This document shows, piece after piece, positions 30,137 to 40,179 of a stretch of DNA of 64,000 nt; the first letter of the stretch is position 1; the number at the start of each line of letters is the position of its first letter. This DNA comes from Candidatus Bathyarchaeota archaeon (GTDB lineage Archaea > Thermoproteota > Bathyarchaeia > Bathyarchaeales > Bathycorpusculaceae), in the NCBI GenBank assembly GCA_963702095.1, contig OY969706.1:1856001-1920000 (forward strand). Direction: 5' to 3'. Made by a program: the position numbers and the translations under genes. The notes beneath the pieces are model-generated. The model worked only from the letters and a program-made list of their open reading frames with translations. It was not told the DNA's origin and searched no databases.

Positions 30137-32938
30137 TTATTTTTCACTGCTCCATTGTTTTCGGCGCTTGCTTGCGATGTATTTGCCGGTTTCAAGTACG
30201 CCAAACACTATGGCGGTGAAGACTATAGCCAAAGCCCAGTCGAAGGGTTCAGGCGAGTTAACACCGAAGACACTTTGAACACCAGGCGTGTAGAGTATGA
30301 AGAGTTGCAGAGCCATCGATGAGAGGATTGCGTACCAGAGGAACTTGTTCTTGAACAAGCCTACTTTAAACACCGGAAACTTTAGTGATCGAGCGGAAAT
30401 GGCGTTTGCTAGCTCCATCAGTATCATTGCAGTGAGCAATTGTGTACGTGCTTCTGTTAGTTGGGCTACGCCTTCCCATGGGCGATACAGGAAGTAGCCG
30501 AACAGCAGCAGGGATGCCATGAGCAGTGGCACCAATGTCAAGTAGAGTTTGACGTTTAGGGTGAATATGCTTTCTTTGGGGCTGCGTGGCTTGCGTTCCA
30601 TCAAGTCAGGGTCACCTGGGTCAATGCCTAGGGCGATGGCGGGTAAGCCGTCGGTAGTTAAGTTTACCCATAGCAACTGCACAGCAGTTAAGGCTACAGT
30701 CGCATCGCTGATTGCCTCCACGTTGGAGCCAGGTGAGAGGATGCTTGCTAACCAGGGTACACTTATCACTGCTACGAACATGACGATGATTTCCATGATG
30801 TTACAGCGGAGCAGATACGTGAGATATTTTTTGATGTTGTCGTAGATTTCTCTGCCCTCTTTGACTGCTTTAACTATGCTGGCAAAGTTGTCGTCAGCTA
30901 ATACCATGTCAGCGGCTTCTTTGGTGACTTCGGTGCCTGAGATGCCCATGGCGATGCCAATGTCACTCATTTTCAGTGCGGGAGCATCGTTAACGCCGTC
31001 GCCGGTCATGGCAACAATTTGGTCTTTTGCTTTCCAAGCTTTCACTATGCGCATCTTATGTTCGGGGCTCACGCGAGCATAGATTACAGTTTTGTCGACG
31101 ACTGCTGCCAGTTGGTCGTCAGTCATGTCTTCGAGTTCTTGGCCTGTTAGGACTTTACCTTCTTCCCTGTCTTTTATGAGGTTGAGTTCTTTTGCAACAG
31201 CTGTAGCGGTGAGTTTATGGTCGCCTGTAATCATGACGACGCGTATGCCTGCGTTGTTGCAGATGCGGATGGCGTCTTTTACTTCTTTGCGGGCGGGATC
31301 GATCATACCTGCAACGCCTAAGAATGTGAAATCAACTTCATCTTTTTCTACGAGTTCCTCTACTCTGCCGCTTAACGTTCTATAAGCGAATCCAAGGTTT
31401 CTTAATGCACCGAGCGCCATTTCTTCGGTGGCTTTGAGGATTTGTTTGCGTTGTTCTTCACTGAGTTTTTGTGGTTTACCAGCGATTAGGATGCTGCTGC
31501 ATTTTTGCAGGACAATTTCGGGGGCACCTTTCATGTGTGCGATTGTGTCTTTGCCCGAAACATGCAGTGTAGTCATGGCTTTGCGCTCCGAACAGAAAGG
31601 TATCTCGCCGATACGGGGTTCTGCTTGGTCTAGGGTCTGTTTCCACAGGTCTGCTTTTGCCGCGGCAACGATTAGGGCGCCTTCAGTTGGGTCGCCTTTA
31701 ACAAGCCATTTGCCGCTTTGCTCATCTTTTTCTAATCCTGAATCGTTGCAAAGGACCGCAGTTTTTAGGAGCATTTTGAGGTTGGCTTGAGCCTCTGCTT
31801 TGGCGTTGCCTAATTGGAATTCACCTTCCGGAATGTAACCTATACCTGTAACTTTGTACAGGGTACCGTCAGTGTAGACTTTCTGGACAGTCATTTCACC
31901 CTTAGTCATAGTGCCTGTTTTATCGCTACAGATAACACTTGCACAACCCAGAGTTTCAACCGCGGGTAATCGTTTGACGATGGTATTCACTTTTGCCATG
32001 CGATACATGCCCACAGCCAAAGCGCCAGTGACAATCGCGGGCAACGCCTCTGGAACAGCCGCAACAGCTAAGCTTACTGCCCAAAGCAACATGTCGATGG
32101 GGTTTCGACCATCAATAATGCCTATTACCGCAACACCAACACAGACCGTGACGGCAAGGATAACAATCCATTTGCCCACGGACGCCATACGCCGCTCAAG
32201 CGGAGTACTCTCTTCAGGGGCACTTTGGACTAGTTTAGCGATTTTACCAAATTCAGTGCTCATTCCAGTTTCGGTGACCGCTGCTTTTGCTCTGCCAGCA
32301 GCAACGATTGTACCGGAGTAAAGCATGTTTTTGCGATCATTTAGCTGTGTATCGGCGGGGAGAACTTTGACGTCTTTTGTGCCAGGTGCGCTTTCGCCTG
32401 TTAACGCAGCTTCATTGAGTTTTAGCTGAATGGCCTCGATTAAGCGTGCATCCGCTGGAATCTTATCGCCTGTATAAACCAGAATTATGTCACCGGGAAC
32501 CAATTCGGAGGCGTGGATGCGTAGTTCTTTGCCGCCGCGCAAAACAGTAGCGGTCGGCGCAGCCATGCGTTTGAGGGCATCAACGGCTTTTTCGCTGCGA
32601 TATTCTTCAAAGAAACCCAAAGACGCACTTGCAATAACAATTACAAAAATGATTAAGGCATCGATTGCTTCGCCAACCACCAGTGAGAGGACAGTGGCGA
32701 TGATTAAGATGATCATGAGCACGTCTGTGAATTGTTCGAGGAACATGCGGATGGGTGAGACACCTTTTTCCTTTTTGAGTTCGTTTGTTCCATAGGTGCC
32801 TATGCGGGTCTCGACTTCGCTTTGCGTTAAGCCCTTCTCGTCTGTTTTTAGTTCAGTCAGGGTTTGTTTGACGTCTAAGGAATGCCAGATTTTGGCGATT
32901 TTTTGTTCTTCAAGTGATGTGTTGGTTTGCTGTGTCAT
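30137..32938 (-). CDS. P2A-type cation (Ca2+/Mn2+) transporting P-type ATPase
   Basis: TGES, VPEALP, DKTGT, KGAPE, TGDGVND, LWVNLTTD. Confidence 0.93.
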   Translation of the reverse strand: MTQQTNTSLEEQKIAKIWHSLDVKQTLTELKTDEKGLTQSEVETRIGTYGTNELKKEKGVSPIRMFLEQFTDVLMIILIIATVLSLVVGEAIDALIIFVIVIASASLGFFEEYRSEKAVDALKRMAAPTATVLRGGKELRIHASELVPGDIILVYTGDKIPADARLIEAIQLKLNEAALTGESAPGTKDVKVLPADTQLNDRKNMLYSGTIVAAGRAKAAVTETGMSTEFGKIAKLVQSAPEESTPLERRMASVGKWIVILAVTVCVGVAVIGIIDGRNPIDMLLWAVSLAVAAVPEALPAIVTGALAVGMYRMAKVNTIVKRLPAVETLGCASVICSDKTGTMTKGEMTVQKVYTDGTLYKVTGIGYIPEGEFQLGNAKAEAQANLKMLLKTAVLCNDSGLEKDEQSGKWLVKGDPTEGALIVAAAKADLWKQTLDQAEPRIGEIPFCSERKAMTTLHVSGKDTIAHMKGAPEIVLQKCSSILIAGKPQKLSEEQRKQILKATEEMALGALRNLGFAYRTLSGRVEELVEKDEVDFTFLGVAGMIDPARKEVKDAIRICNNAGIRVVMITGDHKLTATAVAKELNLIKDREEGKVLTGQELEDMTDDQLAAVVDKTVIYARVSPEHKMRIVKAWKAKDQIVAMTGDGVNDAPALKMSDIGIAMGISGTEVTKEAADMVLADDNFASIVKAVKEGREIYDNIKKYLTYLLRCNIMEIIVMFVAVISVPWLASILSPGSNVEAISDATVALTAVQLLWVNLTTDGLPAIALGIDPGDPDLMERKPRSPKESIFTLNVKLYLTLVPLLMASLLLFGYFLYRPWEGVAQLTEARTQLLTAMILMELANAISARSLKFPVFKVGLFKNKFLWYAILSSMALQLFILYTPGVQSVFGVNSPEPFDWALAIVFTAIVFGVLETGKYIASKRRKQWSSEK

Positions 32939-32939
32939 G

Positions 32940-34202
32940 TTATCTCACCCAGAAAATCCATAGTAGCACGTTAGCTACTGCTACCGCCACAACGGAGAGG
33001 GGTAATCCAATTTTGATGTATTCTTTAGTGCTGACTAGACAGTTGTTTTTCTCCAAGAGGCCACAGGCGAACACGTTGGTTGCTGCACCCATGGGCAAGA
33101 TGTTGGCGCCGCTGCCTGTTCCGATGAGGGTGCCGAATAGCAAAGGCCAAGCACTCATGCCGCCATACGTTGCTAACTGTTGCCCCACCGGAATCATCAG
33201 TACAGTATAGGCGTTGGGGTCGATGAAAGACGATAAACCCACGGAAAGCCAAACCATGAACACCAGCAATATCGTGGGGTTGCTTATGCCTAAATCTATT
33301 ATAGCTTGAGAGAAAGCCGATAGTAAACCGGAAGTAGTCAAAGCATAGATTACTCCAAATATGCCTGCAAGGAAGATAAGGGAGTTCCAATCGAACTCAA
33401 CAATCATCCGCTTTGCATCTTTTCGTCCGATGACAATAGCAATTAACCCCACGATTACGCCGACTATACCCAAGCTTACGTTTAATTCTGGTGCTAAGGC
33501 TAGGGCTATAACACCTACAACGAAAAGAACACTGGGAAGCTTTGCTACTTTGATTTTTTCAGGCTCAATCTCAATAGTCTTCTTCATGTTTCGGAAGATT
33601 ATTAGAAGCGTTAAAAGCGCAGCGATAACGCCGACGGTAGTGATTGCGCCTAACCCTAATCTGCCTTGGAACCAGTAGAAGTCCAAAGGAGTTAGGCCGG
33701 TTTGGATTGCCAAAATCAACGCGGGAGGGTCAGCGATCATGGTGGTTGTTGTTACCATGTTGGCGCATACACCGACTGAAACGATGTAAGGGAATAGGGG
33801 GGAGCCAAGTTTTTTGGCCATTTGGATGGCAACTGGAGCCATCAGGAAGAGCACTGCGACGTTTGCCATGAAGGCGGAGAGGAAAGCGGCGACTGCACAG
33901 ATTGCAAGTAATGCATATTTTTCGGTTTTTATGTGTGTTAAGATTTTGTTGGCTATGAGTTCGGGCATTTTGCTCTCTGAGAATATGAAGGAGACCATCA
34001 TGAAGCCCCAGATAACGGCCAGTACGTCCCATTGTATGGCTGTAAAGATGGTGTCTTGCCAGGATACTATGCCGATGACTATGAGGGCTATTAGTGAGGC
34101 AACGGATACGTAAGCAAGTTTTACTCTTCGGCTTAGGGCTAACGCATAGCAAGCTATGAAGATGGGTAGGATTATTAGTTGTGCGTCTACTTGTAGCGTC
34201 AA
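32940..34202 (-). CDS. ArsB/NhaD/SLC13 (ion transporter superfamily) permease
   Basis: About 11-12 TM segments; SAFMANV, TMIADPP, SSFIDPN, PMGAATNV; 1 bp gap to the ATPase start. Confidence 0.85.
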   Translation of the reverse strand: MTLQVDAQLIILPIFIACYALALSRRVKLAYVSVASLIALIVIGIVSWQDTIFTAIQWDVLAVIWGFMMVSFIFSESKMPELIANKILTHIKTEKYALLAICAVAAFLSAFMANVAVLFLMAPVAIQMAKKLGSPLFPYIVSVGVCANMVTTTTMIADPPALILAIQTGLTPLDFYWFQGRLGLGAITTVGVIAALLTLLIIFRNMKKTIEIEPEKIKVAKLPSVLFVVGVIALALAPELNVSLGIVGVIVGLIAIVIGRKDAKRMIVEFDWNSLIFLAGIFGVIYALTTSGLLSAFSQAIIDLGISNPTILLVFMVWLSVGLSSFIDPNAYTVLMIPVGQQLATYGGMSAWPLLFGTLIGTGSGANILPMGAATNVFACGLLEKNNCLVSTKEYIKIGLPLSVVAVAVANVLLWIFWVR

Positions 34203-34245
34203 CCATCACTCTCTGTGGCTTTTTCCCATCTCACCGCTCGTTGCC

Positions 34246-34275
34246 ATATAAGGATAGTTATGATTTGTTCATAAC
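34246..34275 (-). promoter_or_regulatory. Palindromic operator plus TATA box upstream of the permease/ATPase operon
   Basis: Minus strand GTTATGA-ACAAA-TCATAAC-TATCC-TTATAT; perfect 7-bp arms; 28/30 identical to 35995-36024. Confidence 0.8.
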
Positions 34276-34397
34276 TTTTCAGAAAAAAAGAAATAACGTT
34301 AAGTTTAATCAGGGATAACTGGACAATTATCGATAGAGAAATGGGAACAATTTGCAAAAAAGAAAAGAAGGGAAGATTTTGTTTTTTTACGATTAAG

Positions 34398-35957
34398 CTA
34401 GTCCTTTCCTACTGCCTCACCCTTCTCTTTATCGAAGGGTTCTGGAGTAATCCATTCCTTAGCTTCGGGTTTCATCTCAACCTCTGGATAAGCTGTGAAG
34501 CCATGCTCTGTTATGTCCAAGCCTTTGATTTCTTCATGGTGCGGAGCTCTGAGTCCAATTGTGTACTTGATTACGCCGAATATGAGTAAGCCCATACCGA
34601 AAGCGAAGCCTGCAACGACTGCTATGTCAACGAGTTGTGCTGCTAACTGTCCTAAGCCTGCCGCCCCGTTTATGAATACACCTTGTACGCCGCCGTAAGT
34701 CCCGTTTGCAAATAGGCCGACTGCGAGTAGACCCCAAAGACCGTTAATGCCGTGAATGCCGAATGCGCCGACTGGATCGTCGATTTTCAGTTTGCGTTCA
34801 ATGAACATGTTGCCGTAGATTGCGAGCGGAGCTGCGATGGCACCGATGATTAGAGCTGCCCAGGGATCGACAAAAGCGCATCCTGCTGTGATAGCGACTA
34901 AGCCTGCTAAGGCACCTGAGCATACCACCTGAATGTCTGGTCCAGTGAAGTGTTTATGGTCGAGATAGCTAATTATTATGCCGATAACAGCGCCTACACC
35001 GCCTGCGAGGTATGTTGTGACTGCTACGTTTGCTGTTTGAAGGTCAAGTGTGCTAAGTGTACTGCCTGGGTTGAAGCCGAACCAGCCTAGGAACAGAATC
35101 ATCGTACCAATGACAATATACGGCACGTTTGTGTATCCGAAACTGCGAACCTCACCGTTCTTGCCGAATTTTCCGATACGTGGCCCAATAAGCCAGCATG
35201 CTGCTAAACCTGTAAAGCCACCGACTGCGTGCACGACTCCTGAACCTGCAAAATCTCTGACTCCTACACCCAATGGCAGTGTCGCGAGCCATCCTCCACC
35301 CCAAACCCAGTGACCATAAATTGGGTAAATTAGTATGTTAATGAGCACTGTGTACAGAAGGTATGCTTGGAATTTCATTCTTTCTGCAACCATACCTGCT
35401 ACAATTGTGACGGAGGTTGCTGCGAATACTGCTTGCCAGAAGAAGTACACCAATGTCAAGGGGCTTGCTGCAGCACCTAGTAATGCAAATCCGCTCCAGC
35501 CTATGAAAGAGTTGCCGGCATCTAATCCTGCGAGTGGCGTATAAACTAGTGCGCCTGCTGAGTCAAAGCCTGTGGGAAAAACCGCGCCTGAACCACCGAA
35601 CATTAAGCCAAACCCGACTAGAGCAAAGATTACTACACCTACGCTGAAGTCAAGATAGCTTTTTGTCCAGTAGTTGACTTGGTTTTTTTGTCGTATGTAG
35701 CCTGCGCCGAGGAATGCGAAGCCTAGCTGCATGAACCACACTAAGGCACCCATGGCCAGTGTCCAGGCGATGCTTACGCCCGTAGCCGTTTGTGTAAGAG
35801 CGTCAGTGGATTGAGCGAAGGATCTGCCAATGCTTAGGGCTAAGCATGTGATGAGAATGCCTGCTAGTATGTAGAATTTGCGTTTCATGAAGATTGCGGA
35901 GTGTTTTTCTAATGTTTTTTGTGCTAAGTTTGATGCTTTGCTTAGTATTTTTTTCAT
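34398..35957 (-). CDS. amt: Ammonium transporter (Amt), copy 2, with N-terminal extension
   Basis: WFMQLGFA, FWQAVFA, DFAGSGVVH, GWFGFNPGS, DDPVGAFGIHG. Confidence 0.95.
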   Translation of the reverse strand: MKKILSKASNLAQKTLEKHSAIFMKRKFYILAGILITCLALSIGRSFAQSTDALTQTATGVSIAWTLAMGALVWFMQLGFAFLGAGYIRQKNQVNYWTKSYLDFSVGVVIFALVGFGLMFGGSGAVFPTGFDSAGALVYTPLAGLDAGNSFIGWSGFALLGAAASPLTLVYFFWQAVFAATSVTIVAGMVAERMKFQAYLLYTVLINILIYPIYGHWVWGGGWLATLPLGVGVRDFAGSGVVHAVGGFTGLAACWLIGPRIGKFGKNGEVRSFGYTNVPYIVIGTMILFLGWFGFNPGSTLSTLDLQTANVAVTTYLAGGVGAVIGIIISYLDHKHFTGPDIQVVCSGALAGLVAITAGCAFVDPWAALIIGAIAAPLAIYGNMFIERKLKIDDPVGAFGIHGINGLWGLLAVGLFANGTYGGVQGVFINGAAGLGQLAAQLVDIAVVAGFAFGMGLLIFGVIKYTIGLRAPHHEEIKGLDITEHGFTAYPEVEMKPEAKEWITPEPFDKEKGEAVGKD

Positions 35958-35994
35958 GATTTCACCATTTTACAGAACGGTTGGGGCAAAGCCA

Positions 35995-36024
35995 ATATAA
36001 GGGTAGTTGTGATTTGTTCATAAC
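35995..36024 (-). promoter_or_regulatory. Palindromic operator plus TATA box upstream of amt copy 2
   Basis: Minus strand GTTATGA-ACAAA-TCACAAC-TACCC-TTATAT. Confidence 0.8.
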
Positions 36025-36123
36025 ATTTATGAATAAATGGATAAATACACATGAAATCGACATAATTATGAATAAACGAATTACATTGAAGATGAATAAT
36101 CAAACAAATGTTAAAAGCGAAAC

Positions 36124-36600
36124 CTAAGGGGTCAGCTTAACCCTAAAATCCTCTTTCACCACATTAAGAGTAATATTAGTCATCGTCTTCCTGATATGCG
36201 GCGTAACCAACAAATCCTTAATCAAAGTATTCAAACTATCCCTATCCTTAAGCTTCACAATCGCAACAATATCAAAATCACCCGTAATCTCATAAACTGC
36301 GATAACATTAGACATCTGAGAAAGCTCATTCGCCAAATTCTTAAGATACCCACCCTCGGTTTGAATAAAAATTACCGCAGTCAAGTCATATCCCAGTTTT
36401 AGCGGATCCAAAACCGCAGTATACCCCTTCAGATAACCCCTGTCCTCTAAATGCTTAATCCGCGCCGATGCCATAACGCCAGACATGCTCAGTTTGGTAG
36501 CCAGTTTTCGGTAGCTTAGGTGGGAGTCTTCTTGCAGAGTGTTTAGTATCTGGATGTCAGTTTTATCTAGTCCGTTTTTTTGGGTTATTTTTTTTCGCAC
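36124..36600 (-). CDS. Lrp/AsnC family transcription regulator
   Basis: LDKTDIQILNTLQEDS HTH, YTAVLDPLKLGY, VYEITGDFDI (RAM domain). Confidence 0.93.
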   Translation of the reverse strand: MRKKITQKNGLDKTDIQILNTLQEDSHLSYRKLATKLSMSGVMASARIKHLEDRGYLKGYTAVLDPLKLGYDLTAVIFIQTEGGYLKNLANELSQMSNVIAVYEITGDFDIVAIVKLKDRDSLNTLIKDLLVTPHIRKTMTNITLNVVKEDFRVKLTP

Positions 36601-36909
36601 AGTAGCCCTTCTTTGTGTTTTGGTTTCCTACTCGGTCGTAGAGTTGGCACATGCTAAAGGGGGTGTTCATGGGAGTTACGCTTCTGCGTTTTACGACTGT
36701 AAGATTAATTCTATCTTGACTGCACAAGTATTGCAATCTTGTATTTAAAACTACCCAATTGGACAGTAATATTCCAACAAAACATTCACTTGTAAAAGCA
36801 CCTATCAAAAAAGGTGGGGGCACCTCCAAAAACAAGAACCACAAAAACAGCATCCTCACAAAAACCTTATAACAACACAACGCTCCTTTGACCCCAATAG
36901 GCGAACGGC

Positions 36910-37821
36910 ATGAATTTCGGTTCATTCACATTCCAACCAGTAAAACCCCAAGGATTCGACTTCCATGTATTCCGCGTCAAACCAGAAACAGGACTACGAC
37001 TAAAACCCATGCCAGACATGGCAAGCAACATCGCAGTCTTCGCAGACACCCAAACTGGCCAAAACCACCCTGACTGGATTTCACAGTCACCTCTTGGACC
37101 CGCCAAATTTGGAAACAACAACTTTAACATTTACTGGAGCGTCCTTTGCCCCACCCAACCCGATTACCGCGAAGACCAACTGAAATATATCGCTGAAGTA
37201 GACAGGCAATCGCAGGGAATATGGTTAAACAGCCAATACTTCGCCGAGCATGGCCACTGCACCTGCCCAAGATGCCAAGAACTTTACCGGAAAAGCGGGT
37301 TGAGCTGGCTTGAGTGGCGACGCAAAGTAGTCACCGACTACATAGCCCAAATCCGTGATGTCGTCAAAAAAGAGCTTGTTTTAAGCCTTCAACCGGACCC
37401 CGTGAGTTCGCTGGAACGCTATGGCGTGGACTTTGAGGATTCCGCAAAATACGCCGACCGCTTCAACGTAGTTATGTTTAGCAAGAACTATGCGACGCCA
37501 TGGTACTGGGAGATGCTGACCAGAGCTTTCAAAAAAATCCTCAAAAAACCATTCTACATCAGCCTCTACGTTTATGGGCCAGGCGACAGCCCCCAAGATG
37601 TGCCGCCTCCCGCTGAACTGTTAACTGTCACCGCACGCTGCGCAAGGGTGGGTGGCATGGATGGTTTTCTGTATTTAACCGATGGAGAAAAAGAAATGAT
37701 GGATTTCCAGAAGGCGGCAATAGAAAAAACGGAGTTACGCCAGCGTCTGCGGTCTTATGGTGGAGAACCAGTGCAAGAGTTTCTCGACAGAGTTGCAAGC
37801 TGGGAAAAAATCTTTAGATAG
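36910..37821 (+). CDS. Hypothetical glycoside-hydrolase-like TIM-barrel protein with CxCxxC
   Basis: LCPTQPDYR, HCTCPRC, WLEWRRKVVTDY, RYGVDF resemble GH-like barrel proteins. Confidence 0.55.
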   Translation: MNFGSFTFQPVKPQGFDFHVFRVKPETGLRLKPMPDMASNIAVFADTQTGQNHPDWISQSPLGPAKFGNNNFNIYWSVLCPTQPDYREDQLKYIAEVDRQSQGIWLNSQYFAEHGHCTCPRCQELYRKSGLSWLEWRRKVVTDYIAQIRDVVKKELVLSLQPDPVSSLERYGVDFEDSAKYADRFNVVMFSKNYATPWYWEMLTRAFKKILKKPFYISLYVYGPGDSPQDVPPPAELLTVTARCARVGGMDGFLYLTDGEKEMMDFQKAAIEKTELRQRLRSYGGEPVQEFLDRVASWEKIFR

Positions 37822-37887
37822 AGGGGCAGATGTGCCTCCGCCATATTTTTATTAGTAACCCTAAACTACAGAATACTTAGATACGTT

Positions 37888-38493
37888 TTGGTTGATTTTA
37901 TCTCCGACTTAGTTAAAGCCATCATAGCGCTCTTTATAATCGTTGATCCGTTAGGCAACATCCCCATCTTCATTGGTTTAACCGAGAAAATAGAACCCTC
38001 TCAGCGAAAGAAAATCTACAACGTCGCAGTCCTAGTCGGGGTCATATTGCTGTTGGTTTTTGCGTTTCTCGGACAAGAGATTCTAAACATTTTTGGCTTG
38101 TCAATTTATAGTTTTGAGATTGCAGGTGGCATACTGCTGCTCATCATATCAATCAGGATTTTGGTATCAGGCACAATGCGTGAAAACGTAGAGTCGCCTG
38201 AGAGTTTAGGCGCAGTTCCCATAGCCATGCCGTTGCTGGTTGGTCCAGGAGCCATCACAACAACCATCTTCAACCTTCAAGCCTACGGAACAGCAATAGC
38301 AATCGCAGCCGTCGTGGTTGTGCTGGCAATAACATGGATTATCCTGCGTTTCATTAATGGCGTATACAGGATTTTAGGTAAAACTGGTTCGCTTGTCATT
38401 GCGAGGGTTATGGCTCTTTTGATTGCAGCAATTGCGATACAGTATATTTTGACTGGCGCTACTCATTTTATAACCTTAAGTCACTTTGAATAA
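37888..38493 (+). CDS. marC: MarC family membrane protein
   Basis: LFIIVDPLGNIPIF, AGGILL, VPIAMPLLVGPGAIT, RVMALL. Confidence 0.92.
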   Translation: MVDFISDLVKAIIALFIIVDPLGNIPIFIGLTEKIEPSQRKKIYNVAVLVGVILLLVFAFLGQEILNIFGLSIYSFEIAGGILLLIISIRILVSGTMRENVESPESLGAVPIAMPLLVGPGAITTTIFNLQAYGTAIAIAAVVVVLAITWIILRFINGVYRILGKTGSLVIARVMALLIAAIAIQYILTGATHFITLSHFE

Positions 38494-38727
38494 GATGCTG
38501 ATGTTGAGTTTTTGTGTCCATTAGAGTTCTCAAAGCAACAGAGAAGTGCTTACAAATCGATCAGCGCCTATGTCTTCAATGCAATTGTAGCCTTCTGGAG
38601 TGGCATAGTAGACAGATAAATCACTTAAGCAAGACATCACCTGACAGGACTGTGAAGCCTTTTCAGAAAACTTCAAATATTGACAAGCAACTCCAATGGG
38701 TCGTAATTCCCCAAAAGGCACGCTCGT

Positions 38728-38806
38728 GGGGCCGTCGTCTAGCATGGATTAGGATACTTGCCTGGGGCGCAAGCGATCCTGGGTTCAAATCCCAGCGGCC
38801 CCACCA
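38728..38806 (+). tRNA. tRNA-Pro(GGG)
   Basis: Acceptor GGGGCCG/CGGCCCC, anticodon arm CTTGC-CTGGGGC-GCAAG, T arm CTGGG-TTCAAAT-CCCAG, CCA. Confidence 0.95.
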
Positions 38807-38863
38807 CAACAATCTATGCCCCTGCTTAAATAGGGTCTACTACACCAAAACAGCAGTAGAATA

Positions 38864-39247
38864 CTAATGCAGAGCTAAACTAACAGTTAATACAATGAGG
38901 ACAAACAACGTTATCAAAACGTACTTCCAATTTCGCTCCCAAGTGAAGTAGAAGAATGAAGTTATGGCTCGTATATAGGGCGTCAAAATCAAAATGACGA
39001 TGCCTAAAGTTATGAAGAGCAGGGCGTTTTCGGCGGCAAAGAGGTTCTGAGCGGTCTGGATGATGAAAGCAAAAAAGTTTTCGCCAGTTATGTGAACATC
39101 GGGGCTACTGGAAACCGCCAGGTTGCCATAGGTGGTATAGTAGAGGAATAGGCCGATTGAAATCAGTGAAACGCTAACGACGACGCCGACTATGAGGAGG
39201 ATGCTAATGATGGCTTCAAGCTTGTTTTCTTCGTCCCTGGCGGTCAT
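38864..39247 (-). CDS. DUF1634 family membrane protein
   Basis: GIVILILTPYIR motif; overlaps the upstream TauE gene, the usual pairing. Confidence 0.8.
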   Translation of the reverse strand: MTARDEENKLEAIISILLIVGVVVSVSLISIGLFLYYTTYGNLAVSSSPDVHITGENFFAFIIQTAQNLFAAENALLFITLGIVILILTPYIRAITSFFYFTWERNWKYVLITLFVLIVLTVSLALH

Positions 39248-40074
39248 AGCACGGTGACTCCTTTGTAGAGCATCTGAATAATTAGCATGATAACGATGGC
39301 GAAGAAGAGAATCCGAAGGTACCTGTCACGGATGCGGTGCAGAAACCTGCCGCCGACGACTGCGCCGACGGTGACGCCCATCGCCATCGGAGCCATCAAA
39401 GTCAAATTCAAAAACCCAGAAAACAAATACACACTCACTCCAGCCAAAGCGGTCATGCCGATGACAAAGCTGCTGGTTGCCGTGGATATCTTTGGGGGCA
39501 CCTTAAGGACTTTTTCGTGGACGATGACTTTGAATGCGCCTGCCCCAATGCCCAGCATGCCCGCAGCGATTCCCGCCACGAACATGCCGGCTCCTCCCAG
39601 CAAGGAATTAGTGGCTTTGTACTCGACGACTTTGTTTTTGGATGCGTCGAAGTAGCTTCCATGGAGCCCAAGCCATTTGGAGAGCCTATCTTGCTTTGCT
39701 GGGGGCGTGTATTCTTCTTGGAAGGACTTGCGGAAGTTGATAAATGAGGTTAGTAGGAAAGCGGCGAAGAGAAAGTAGAGGAAAACCGGTGCAATCAGGA
39801 CGGTGATCGTTGCGCCGACTATGGCTCCGATTATGGTGAACATTTCAAGGTACATTGCCAATCGAAGGTTGGTGATGCGGTGGCGTACAAAAGAGGCTGC
39901 GGCTCCGCTGGAGGTGGCAATTATGGCGACCATGCCTGAGGCGATAGCTTCCTGGATAGGAACCCCCAGCAGAACCAAGAGGGGGGTGAGAATGCTGGCG
40001 CCGCCTAAACCTGTAAGCGACCCTAAGAGGCCTACAAGGATTGATATCAGTAGCAGCGTAATCATATCTATCAA
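39244..40074 (-). CDS. TauE/SafE (TSUP) sulfite exporter family protein
   Basis: GSLTGLGGA, IIATSSG, AGMLGIGAG, STATSSF. Confidence 0.9.
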   Translation of the reverse strand: MIDMITLLLISILVGLLGSLTGLGGASILTPLLVLLGVPIQEAIASGMVAIIATSSGAAASFVRHRITNLRLAMYLEMFTIIGAIVGATITVLIAPVFLYFLFAAFLLTSFINFRKSFQEEYTPPAKQDRLSKWLGLHGSYFDASKNKVVEYKATNSLLGGAGMFVAGIAAGMLGIGAGAFKVIVHEKVLKVPPKISTATSSFVIGMTALAGVSVYLFSGFLNLTLMAPMAMGVTVGAVVGGRFLHRIRDRYLRILFFAIVIMLIIQMLYKGVTVL

Positions 40075-40179
40075 GGATGCTTCTCCAAGGTGTGAATTAA
40101 AGAGACAGCATTATTTAACCGCTTACTTTAAAGAAAAAATATTAATCCTTAACCCAATGATGTTTTGCACTGAAGAAGT

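Noticed and set aside
38494-38727. In-frame continuation after the marC stop, and ORFs 38514..38867 and 38530..38745
   Set aside because: Stop is TAA so no Sec/Pyl readthrough; the ORFs overlap tRNA-Pro and show no recognisable motifs
12063-38806. Integrated element bounded by tRNA att repeats
   Set aside because: No integrase and no duplicated tRNA 3' end found for the Asn, His or Pro tRNAs
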